A stretch of DNA of 64,000 nucleotides from Adineta vaga (lineage: Eukaryota; Animalia; Rotifera). A model generated the notes under the pieces. The model made no database searches. It was given only the letters and a program-made list of their open reading frames with translations, and was not told the origin of the DNA. The stretch's first letter is position 1. Each line of letters starts with the position of its first letter. Positions 1-14,386 of this stretch are shown one piece after another. The DNA lies in assembly GCA_021613535.1 (NCBI GenBank), contig CP075495.1, forward strand, positions 5,208,001 through 5,272,000. Direction: 5' to 3'. A program made the translations under genes and the position numbers.

Positions 1-17
1 GATTATTCTTATTTCAG

Positions 18-2829
18 TTCATTTCGTTGTTCGAACATTTAATAAAGGTCAAGAAGATAACGAAGCTGTGAAACGTTTTATTACATATAATTTTGAAAGA
101 CATATACGACGTTATCCTGGTCAAAGAATTATTATTCTATTTGATATGAGTGAAACTGGTCTTAAACATTTAGTTCGTTGTTTTTTTTAAAGAAACAACA
201 ACAAATCAAAGACAATCATTTGTTTTATACTTGTAGGATTATGATTTGATTAAATTTATCATTGGTTGTGGACAAATCTATTATCCTGGTTTATTAGGTA
301 TCTTCATATGTCATATCTGATCCTTTTCTTTCTCTCAATGTCATTTATTATAGCCTACATGCTTATCTACAAAATGCCATTCATTTTGACAGGTAAATAT
401 TTTTGTGTTTTATAAAAAAAAAAGAAGAAGAGAAAAACAGAGTGAGAGTTATTTCATAGCGGCATGGAAAATAATTCGTTCTTGGTTGCCTACTGAAGCA
501 GAACAATTTATTAAATTCGTTGATGCTAAGTCAATCACACAGTTTGTGCCAATCGATCAATTATCACTAACAATGGGCGGCAGTGTAAGTGAAAAAAAAC
601 ATGATTGAATTAGTAGTGTGCATCCCAGATAAGAGAACACAAATAAGATAAGCGATGCGATCTGTTTTTTATTTTCATCTGATACATGTATGACACTTCA
701 ATATGCTTCAATAGATAGAATGTTAGATTCCTACTGATTTTTAAAAGAATTCTATTATATCTATTTCCGTTCATCTTCATTCTCTTTCGAGACAATGCGA
801 GTGAAAAACTAGAAATTAACTGATACATATATATATATAGAGGATTTGTGATCTACACGTGCTGTAGACATTCGTAGAACTATGAAACGTTGTTGTTATT
901 CCATTTCTATACTCTTTATCTTCTTCATGTTATTTTTTTTCTCTCTCTCTCTCTTCTATTTTTGTCGATCTTACTACATGCGTCATCGTTTTCCATCCCT
1001 TCGTTTCTCGTTCTGTTATTTTTCACATCAGAATCGAGCATATAGGCACATATATAAAAAAAACGAGTGAACCTTGTTACTCTCTTTTTCTCAGTATGAA
1101 CGACAAAACGACAAGTCTACTAGCAGTATCGAAGAAAACGACGAAGAAAACGGCAATAAAAGAACGATGTCGACTATTGTAAGATCTGCAGTGGTAATAA
1201 CAACAACAGCGATAAAAGTTTTTCAGATTATTCAATAACTTCTAACAACATTCTCTAGTGTTTTATCTATTTAACCATGTCACACAAAATTCTCAATCTA
1301 AACGATGTATGTGAATAGGAAACGAAGATGCTCGAGAACGAGTTTCATTTTTTTTAATGTACTTAGCGTATAAATATTTGAATGAGATTTTATCTAAATA
1401 ATCGAAAAAACAAGAGATTAATTATATCGTTTTTTTTCGTACAGGAAATAATAAATCATTTAATCGACAATTATTCTCTTTTTTTTAGGATACAACAAAT
1501 CATGTTCATATTCAAGATCCAATAAATGACGCCGTCGAAGATCCAATGAATGCAAATTCAAAGAAAAAAGTTCATTCATTTCTTTCAAATATTATTCAAT
1601 TATCTTGTCAATTTAATTAGGTTACTTTTGCAGATACTGGTCTACTTGATTTACCTCTTTCATCAGAAACATCAGTGACAACGAATCATATTCCTAAAGT
1701 TGAATTATCACCCATTGCTGATCCATTAACTCCCGAAGAACCCCCGCATTCTTTATCTACATTTGAATCCTCACAATCAATACTTCGAAAAGTAAATATT
1801 GATAAACAGAATAGATAAAAAAGAAAAGTTTTTTATTTTATTTATAATTTCTTAGTCTATTCTACAAAAACCTACTTCAATTAATGGATGTGCAGGTGAA
1901 GAGAAAGTTTTTCATTCACTTGCGATTAGGTTTGTTAAGAAAATTCTTTCCGACATTTCTCCTTCTTTTAACGAAATATCTCTTTAGACCGTACGACGAA
2001 ATGGTCTTTGAAAGGTTAGATCCTTCTCCACATGGAACAACAGATTGTATTCAAAAATTAACATTAACAAATACAGGTGAAAAACTACTAACATTCAAAA
2101 TTAAAACAACATCACCCGATAAATTTCGTGTCAAACCAGGATGTAGTCTTCTTTATCCTGGTGAAACAGCAACAGTTACTGTTTATTTATTAAAAGGTTA
2201 TTAAGATATTAATTGATTAATGGATCTATAATTATATCATTATTTTTCTTAGCTCATTGTACATTATCAAGCAATATTAATAAAGAAAAATTTTTGGTTA
2301 TATGGACATTAATTAGTCAAGAATTTGATCAGGCACAATTGATTGACTTTTGGAAGAATGTACCAAGTTCGGCACTCTATGAACATAGGTAATTTATTAT
2401 TTATTCGATTTAAACAAAAATTAATTGATTGATTTAGATTGAAATGCTCTTTTGAAAGTAGTAAAACACCATCTGTTATAGCCATAAAACAATCAAATGA
2501 AACTAATCCGACGCTCTTATCACCGATTTCCTCTACTTTCGATCCTTCACTGATAGAAATGCAAAAACTAGTAATACGATCATTCGATTTTATTCTTGAT
2601 TTCATTTAATAAGAAAAAAATCTTCTTTGTTATTTTTTAGTTGAAAGATTCGATTACATCACAGAAAACAACGATGGCACAAACATCCAAAGATCTTCAA
2701 CGAATTCAAACTCTTCTTTTGATTATTCTTGGACTTTTAATGCTGATTTTATTTTGGGATGTGTATAAATACTTTTCTTCGTTTTCATCATCATCATCAT
2801 CATCATCTCCTTCAAAGACTGATTTATGA
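18..2829 (+). CDS. MOSPD2: Motile sperm domain-containing protein 2 (CRAL-TRIO + MSP domain + C-terminal TM); 5' partial, multi-exon
   Basis: Spliced exons give a CRAL-TRIO C-terminus (RIIILFDMSETGLKHL-DYDLIKFII..YYPGLL..MPFILTAAWKIIRSWLP..IKFVD..QFVPIDQLSLTMGG). An MSP domain follows (QKLTLTNTGEKLLTFKIKTTSPDKFRVKPG), then a coiled coil and TM helix (LLLIILGLLMLILFW). Stop at 2829. Confidence 0.85.
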
Positions 2830-4261
2830 GAAATGAACTTTTCTTTTCCTATGTGCTAGATTATAAACATACGGTGCTAATCGTTGAAGAAAGACTCGTT
2901 TAAAAGCATTGATGAATGATATACGAAGAACTGAATTCAATAAACTAACTGTTCTATTTTTTAAACACAATCGATGTCTCAAATGTAAGTAGAGATCATG
3001 AATGATAACGAAGATAATTATCGGATTGAATATATAGCATGGAAAGGTTAGACAAATATATATCAATGTATATGTTAGTCTGTTTTATTAAAGATAGTAA
3101 ATATCACCTAATCTATTTCAGTACGTGCGCTTGGAAATCTGTTTTACATTCATTAATTTTTGTATTTGCTCTAAATTAATACTTTAGTTTCTGGCAACGT
3201 TGTATGGATGCATCCGGTTTTGTTCTATTATTTTCTGCAAGAATACATTACAGTGCCGGAAAAACTCATTTCACATTGTGTTAGTACCGTTTTCTTACAC
3301 TTAGGCGTTTCCTGCATATATTGATTCATATTATTAAAATAGAAAAGTAAATGTGCATATCGCACATAAAATTACAAAGGAAAAGTTGGCACATTTGTTT
3401 ATATCTGTTCTTTTACTATCACGAATAAAACTTCATTCAATGAGTACAAATCTTAGTAGTCCCTAAGGGTCTATCTTATATATAAACTAATTATCTATAC
3501 ATATAGAGAGATAAATGTTGACAATTTTAGTTCACGGAGAGAGATAAGTGTTCGTGAAACTATTATGAGAATGTCAATGGAATTCATAATAGCATGTCGA
3601 CAAGGATCGGAAAGTCTTTTCGGAACCGAAAAGAGATAGTTCATTTCCTTCATTATCGATCTGTAGTTTTGTTCGATTGTATTCATATTTTTCTTGAATA
3701 TCGAATGATTATATATATATAGAGAGAGAAAGAACAGTCATTAGTTTCATAAAACATTAGTCGCGAAGAATATCGAATATATGATTAGCATTTTTGAGTG
3801 AGAATAAATTGCATCAGATTTCGAGATATGTTCGTTGGATCGTTGATCCTTTTCCTTCGATAATTCGATATAACGTGTTTCGATTACAAATATATCATAT
3901 ATGATCAATTTGAGTTCAGTTTTATTTGCATACTTTATGAAAAATAAAGAACAGTGAATGAATTTTTGAAAATGATAGCTGGAAAAGTAATTAGAAAATA
4001 GAATTAGATTTAAAGCAGACTATTTTAACTTGCTTAGATATCATCTCTCACATGAAAATTTTAATTTGCAAAAAGCTCATTTACTTTCTTCGCAATTTAT
4101 TTAAATCAAAGAAAAACGCATGGAAATGAAAACGAAACGAGTTAAGTGAATAAATTGGTAGTGATTAAAAAAAAACAAGGAAAAAAAGTGCAATTCTTGA
4201 ACATCGCACATCTAGAAGACGAGGGAGAAGAAGCAGCAGCAGAAAGACGTGGTGTTGATTT

Positions 4262-4531
4262 CTAACGAAGATGCATTGTCATGAATTCTTCTTGTGTTTC
4301 ATAACCACCCCAAACACCTTTATTTGTCTTTGGAGAAGTAGGTTTATATTGAATGACCCAATTCGAAGCGGGTGATATTGATCGAGGTGATGAAGGCATT
4401 GATGTTGAGTCCTGGATGGAGGAGACACTATTTGTACGAAGACTCCTATGAGAACATGAAAAGTGTACATTGAAAGAGCGTTTACATTCTATGTATTTGC
4501 TTTACTTAGGAAAAGTGTTGATTTCAGCCAT
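4262..4531 (-). CDS. Orphan 69-aa microprotein (ORF-B, copy 1); exons 4531-4506 and 4445-4262
   Basis: Manual splice across a 60-nt GT-AG phase-2 intron gives MAEINTFPKSLRTNSVSSIQDSTSMPSSPRSISPASNWVIQYKPTSPKTNKGVWGGYETQEEFMTMHLR*. It is paralogous to 13596-13881 with the same 26-nt first exon and intron phase. Confidence 0.8.
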
Positions 4532-4636
4532 ATTTCAAAAGGAACGAATACTTAATTGATAAGTTCAAATGTAAAAAAAGTAATAAACGAACGAACGGAT
4601 TGGAAGCGAAGAAAAGATCAAGCAAAAGAGTAGAGA

Positions 4637-4788
4637 TCAATCTTTAAGAACAGCTTTGCCAAGTGATGATGCAGGTTGCTATAATAGAATAAGAAATAGT
4701 CTCTCTCATTTGTATTCTCAAACTCAGTAAAACTTACGTTTTTCCAAGTTTTACGAACGGGTTCTGCGGCACGTTTCGAATTCAACAT
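4637..4788 (-). CDS. 30-aa conserved peptide ORF / uORF (ORF-A, copy 1); exons 4788-4738 and 4678-4637
   Basis: MLNSKRAAEPVRKTWKN/QPASSLGKAVLKD* with a 59-nt GTAAGT..AG phase-0 intron; 24/30 identical to 13370-13531. Confidence 0.85.
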
Positions 4789-5429
4789 TCAATCAGACAT
4801 AGGAGACGTTGGAAATAGTCTAAAAGATGTTCAATCATAATGTTGCGGTTTTTTTTCTTGCAGATGATGAGAGACATACTTACAAAAGGAAACTTTCACG
4901 TTGATAAATTACCGAGATTTAGATAAATGAAATAAAAGAAAATTGTGTGGTAATATATATATATATATAAATATATGTAAAAGAAAAGATATGTGCTAGG
5001 TAATAACGACGCAATTTACGTTAGATAAATGATAAGAAAAAATTTAACCGAATGTACATGGACTTTGCTATTTGAGCATTCGGTGAGAACATGATTTATG
5101 TTTTTCTAGAAGGATGTATCTATTTGATGATATTACATCATATGTAGCAACGTTTGTTTGCCACCTGACATTGTTGCATTGAAAACATGAAAATAACATG
5201 TTTTTTAAAGTACATAAAGATGGTCAACATGTACTAAAGATGATAATAAAAAAAGAGTGAAATATTTTAGAAATAATCTTTCATTTTCACATCGAAATTT
5301 GGTTAACATACATTCTTTACATTTCTAATCGTTGAAATAATGTTTTGTACATCAAACAACTGATTTTATTCATCGTTCTACCTTTATTTTACAAAAATTA
5401 AAAAAATACACGTTAATGTCTAAAAGAAA

Positions 5430-7666
5430 TTAATTTGTGATGGAATCATCATTCGATCGAAGATACATTCGAGCATGTTGTTGTTCGGCAATGAACTAAA
5501 AAGAAAAGAAATTTCCATTATATTTTGTTTTACGTAATAATGACTAAACTGACTCGAAGTGAATTATCTTTAGTTACATAGATATGTTCAGGACGTATAC
5601 TTCGTACTGTTGATTCATAATATGTTCTTTGTAATTGTATGAATGATCGTAAAAGAGAACTTTGTTCTCGAATTAAATCGTCAACAGCTAATAGAACAGG
5701 ATTTGTTGTTAGAAGAGATTGAAGAACATTGGGATCAATAACAGAACGAATCAATGACGAAGGACGAGCTTCGTTTAAATCATTCTGATTAATTAAATAG
5801 ATTGAACGAACTAAAAAAACAGATATTGATGAATTAATACATTATAAAATAAAAGACAAACCTTCATTTAAAGATGATTGAAATGGAGCAGAGGTCAGAT
5901 CAACTTGTACTTCTTGATTTTCAGTCAATACTTTTCGTATTGGTCTATTGAAAGAAATCTATCGTATTTTAGTCGTAAAAAGAATAAATGAATTCATACT
6001 GTGTTTGTTTTTCTGTGCGAACTTTTGTTGGTGTTGGTGCTCGTGGTGTAGAAGTTTCGGTTGGTATTGCCGAGGAGAAATCTTCTGAATAATTATCCAT
6101 ACTAATTTCTTCAGGAATCTCTTCTATTCGAGTTGTTTCTTCATCACTTATATCCGACATTGTTCGACGTGAATGATGATGTTTAGTCGGTTTTATTGAC
6201 GGTTTTCTTGGTGAATCAATCGGAGATGTTCGTCGTGGAGATTTCTTTTTTATAATAGATGGAAGTAATGGTTCATTATTCATCACTAAGTTTGCGAACA
6301 TATTTTCAGCTGGCGATTCACTAATATGATCACTGAATGGGATACTATAATCGTCCTCGACAACATCAATAGCAGTAGAGATTGATTCCGTTTCTGAAGT
6401 AATAAGATCATCATCTCCTCGAGGGGATGGTTGTTTTGCTATTTGTACACGTCTTGGAGTTGTAGAACGAGAACCTCTCGTTGGTGTAGGTGAACGTTCA
6501 TCATCAGCTAAATGAAAGAAAGAGAAACTTACCGATATTTATTATCTTTCGAAGAACTAATCTTTACTTTGAATAGTAACTAATTTCTTAGAAAATTGGA
6601 CAGAATATTCACTTTCTTTAGGAACGTCCTATAAAGGTACAGGCATGTTGTTGAGTTTTTTTTCTTAGAAATTTACTTTTGTAGACTTTAAAATACTTTT
6701 CCTTGGTGTCAAAGTTGGTGTTTTACGTCCTTCACTTGATGAACCATCACCAAGAAAATCCAATGATGAATCATCTTCTGTATCATGCACTAAATAATGA
6801 TAAATGATTGTAGTATAAACAATATCTCTTCGTTCTCCTTGTACCTGAAGGTGGTCTTGTGCTCTTCTTATGTTTAGACTTTTTTTGTTCTCTTTCACTA
6901 TTGTTTGTTTCACTGTTCAAATGAAGTAATTCTGGTACTTCCGTATTAGGTACGTTATTTATTGGTTTCTTCAGAAAATTCTTTTTTCCAGAAGCGAATA
7001 GAATCTTTGCAGCACTTGTCGATGTTGCATCAGAACTTGATTCATTCTCATCTGGAATCTGATCAAATGCTCCTGGTTCTAATTCAAGACCTTGTGCATG
7101 TAACTGTTGTCGATGAGCAGCACGAGCAAGAATCGATGATTGACCAAGTAGACCAGTTGATGATGATGCTGCGGACGGTTGAAGATTTCTACCGACATTT
7201 TGCTTTGTCGATACTCGTGGTGAAGAAACATCTCGTGGTGAACGTGTTACAGTAATTTTTTCTGTTGATACAGGAATTGTCGATTGTTTCTTCAAAAATT
7301 TATTTGGTTCCCGTGGTGTATTTGTAGAAGTTGTTGTTGCTGTAGAAGCAGATTGTTTTTCACTATAACTAAAATGTAATGAACTATCATCATCAAATGG
7401 ACTCTTGTTATTTGTTGAACGATGATGACGTCGTTTAGGTTTAGGTGGTGCTTTTCGACTGGATTCTAATTCAGATGGTTCACTGACAGCATCAAGATTT
7501 TGAGCGTAAACATTTAATTTCTTGAATATCAAAAGAAAATCTGTGAATAGGAATGTAAAGAAAGATTTCTATATAGTTTTACTCGATCTAAATGTTGTTG
7601 TTCTTCTTGAAGACGTTGTTTCCGTTGACCCATTCGGGTCGCTAATTCACCCATAGAAGTTGGCAT
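5430..7666 (-). CDS. C19orf44-like protein (DUF4614 C-terminus), long Ser/Pro/basic disordered N-terminus; multi-exon
   Basis: The C-terminal exons (DPNVLQSLLTTNPVLLAVDDLIREQSSLLRSFIQLQRTYYESTVRSIRPEHIYVTKDNSLR-FIAEQ) resemble the C19orf44/DUF4614 domain as recalled. ORF fragments 7529-7720, 6783-7532, 5969-6301 and 5530-5754 join through short introns. Confidence 0.65.
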
Positions 7667-8509
7667 TTTGGGAACTTTTTCTAAATAAACTTTAACAAAT
7701 AAATGATTCAATTCTTTCAATAAATCACCATAGTCTTTGCCGTTGCTCTAGGTTTCAAACCTCAACAAATAGAATATTAAAGTGGCGTCATCATATGATT
7801 GGTTATTTCTCAACAAGTGCCAGCTCTTGTAGAATCTGAATGAATTTTCTCTTTTAAAAACCTTTGAAATTTGAAAATTTAGAACAATTCAATTTTAATC
7901 AAGGTTATTTATAATTGTTGATTTAATTAGTTCTAAAGATTAGCTTTTTCATCCTTTAGTTGTTATCAACATGGGACATTTTTTCCATTTTTTCCTTCTT
8001 CTCCGTTCATTTCTTTTCTCCCCTATTTCTCTCATACACCATAATTCCCTAAGGAGAATAAAAAGAATGAATATGACCTAGCAAGAAGAAAACATCGACA
8101 GACAGGTGTCATCTCCTCTCTTTTTTTCTTCTTCGTCTTCTTCTTGAATCCAAAAGGAAACAAAGCTCTTCGATAGTTTTTTTCCTTTTATCTCTCCCTC
8201 ACTCTCTCAGTAGACATGCGTGTAATTATAAATCAAACGAATTATTATACTCATATTTAATGATAAAAATTCGTTTGTTTCGAAATTATCTATGTGATTT
8301 TAGTTATTAATATCTACGAATAAAATAAGTCTGTAATCTTTTCTATTTTCTTTCTTTTTTTCTTCTTCTTTTTCATCTTCTTTTCTTCGTTTAAAAGTAT
8401 TCTGTCGAAGAAAATCTCTCGAGAATTTTAAAAGAAAAAGACGAGCGCTATGCAACTAGTTGTTTCTCTTTTTTCTCTCTATGGCTGTCTGTTTGACGTC
8501 GTCGGATGG

Positions 8510-8559
8510 TCACCGGGGAGCACACGTCGTATTGCCTGCCGCAACTGCATCCCAGGGGA
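8510..8559 (+). promoter_or_regulatory. EBF/COE-type binding sites upstream of the ZNF423/521-like gene
   Basis: A perfect TCCCNNGGGA (TCCCAGGGGA, 8550-8559) and a one-mismatch TCACCGGGGA (8510-8519) lie in a locally GC-rich patch about 270-320 nt before the ATG. Confidence 0.45.
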
Positions 8560-8829
8560 GCTAGTCGACTCTTTTTACGTGTGTATGTGTGTGAAACAGC
8601 ATGTGGGTAGAGAGAGAGAATGCATAGATCGACGACAACTGCTGTGTTCGGCACCCCTTCGGGAACGATGGACGAGTGTATGCGTATTTATATATATATA
8701 TATATAATATATGAAAGGCAAAACGAGAGAGAGAGAAGATGCACCGAGAGCATGATTAGAACAAGGAGACGCACTCGTCTTGTCTATCGAGCTGATTGCA
8801 GTACCCTATTCTAGACTAAAGACAAAACT

Positions 8830-12653
<3,824 letters not shown>

Positions 12654-13369
12654 TCAAAACAAAATAAATCTTTTTTTTTCTTACAAGTCATTTTATTTTT
12701 TACTATAGCCAGATGTTTGTTTGTTTTTTTAAAACAGCCCGCTCTGAATCTTTACATCTTTTATTTTGTCATTTTTTTTTCTTCTCTTATATCGTCTATA
12801 TATCATTGTTTTTGTTTTTTTTATAAAAATAAAATGAGATATTGCCTTACAATTCTTTTTGATTTGAAATAGTAGCGAAATATGCATTGTCCAGAATTAA
12901 ATCGGTCTTGTTAGTTTACAGTAATCATTAAAATGTTCGATCTTGAAAATTGTGTATGAAGATAGTTTCGAGAACAATATCGTGTCTTTAGATATTCTTA
13001 TTAAACAATTGCTGTTCAATGCATTGGCTATTAAACTTCAATAGATAATAGTTCTGAACAGTCAAATATGTAAATAATCACGCTTCTTAATATCTTCGTT
13101 CATGCATTGACTGCATGGTAAGATGAGATATGATAACAGAGATGTATATGTTGACTCAAATAGTTCTTATCTATCTTTTCTTTGTTCAATTGAATTCTTT
13201 CATTTTTGATATGAATACGACGAACTTTTCTTTGAGTATAAAAGGCAAACAATCATTCTCTTTCATATTTCATAGATTATCTCTCGTAACAGGCACATAA
13301 CTATCTGTATATTATTCTTTGGAACGTTTGTTTAGACAAGTATTTTATTGTTATTCGTATAATGCCTGA

Positions 13370-13531
13370 ATGTTGTTATCGAAACAGTTAGCAATACCAG
13401 TTCGTAAAAATTGGAAAAATGTAAATAATCATTATCATTTCTTTTTTTTTCATTTATATTTTAATTCGTCTATTAATTTATTTTTCTAGCAACCAGCTTC
13501 CTCTCTTGGTAAAGCTGTAATTAAAGATTAA
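13370..13531 (+). CDS. 30-aa conserved peptide ORF / uORF (ORF-A, copy 2); exons 13370-13420 and 13490-13531
   Basis: MLLSKQLAIPVRKNWKN/QPASSLGKAVIKD* with a 69-nt GT-AG phase-0 intron at the same codon as copy 1. Confidence 0.85.
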
Positions 13532-13595
13532 CCCATCTCCTATTGTTTGTTTATCATTTCTGATTCTCATCGACATTAATCAATTCATTTCAGCT

Positions 13596-13881
13596 ATGGC
13601 TGATATAATTTCTGCTTCCAAGTAAAATATACAATTCATATACACTATTTATTATTTTAAATATTCTTTCTTCGAGATGTCTCATATATGACAATACTTC
13701 GAAAACCAATTCTGAAAAAAGTGAATCATCATCATTAGTATCAACATCACCACGTTCGTTATCACCAACATCATCTGGTTGGATAGCTAAGTATAAAATC
13801 CTTCCGAAAAATGAAGTATCGAAAGGTATTTGGGATGGATATAAAACCAAAGAAGAATTTATGGCAATGCATTTTCGTTGA
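13596..13881 (+). CDS. Orphan 76-aa microprotein (ORF-B, copy 2); exons 13596-13621 and 13677-13881
   Basis: MADIISASKCLIYDNTSKTNSEKSESSSLVSTSPRSLSPTSSGWIAKYKILPKNEVSKGIWDGYKTKEEFMAMHFR*. The 55-nt phase-2 intron has a less common GAG acceptor. Paralog of 4262-4531. Confidence 0.75.
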
Positions 13882-14386
13882 ATGATTTCTTTCGTTTATC
13901 TGCATCTCTCTTCATTATGAACTTTGCTTATTCTCTGATTATTAAATGTAATTGTTTGATTAACTGATTTATGGTGATTTTTGTTTTTTTTGTCATCATC
14001 ATCATCATCTAGTATTAAAAATTTCATCAATGAAACACAGTTTGTTCGATAGTATACTGAGAATAAGATATACAAAAATCTTGTTTCTCTAAAAATATGC
14101 TTATTCTTGCACTGTCAAAATACACTAATATATATTTCAATAACATGTAAATGATTCATTGTATTATACTTGTATATTAGATGTATTCATACTTCCAATA
14201 GAATTAACCGTTCTGTATGTTATATCCAGATACTTATTTATGCATACCTTTTACTGTTTTACTTTCAGCTTTTGAAATATTACCTTTCTATTCGTTCGTT
14301 AATTCTCTACGATATTGTGACCATATAAAAACCCATGTAACAGAATCATATTTTCATTCGATATTTTTACCTTCGTTCGATCATCA

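Noticed and set aside
4279-4470. ORF-track 63-aa ORF (and antisense 13590-13850)
   Set aside because: Wrong-frame or antisense shadows of the real ORF-B exons.
5132-5140. ATTACATCA (C/EBP-ATF response element-like) upstream of micro-gene copy 1
   Set aside because: An AT-rich 9-mer expected by chance in this composition; no matching site seen upstream of copy 2.
13509-13593. Alternative splice (G/GTAAAG at 13509 to the AG at 13593) that would fuse ORF-A in frame to ORF-B in copy 2
   Set aside because: Copy 1 has GGC at this position and no in-frame equivalent, and the GKAVxKD-stop codons are conserved with synonymous changes, so they are coding rather than intronic. A minor fusion isoform cannot be excluded.
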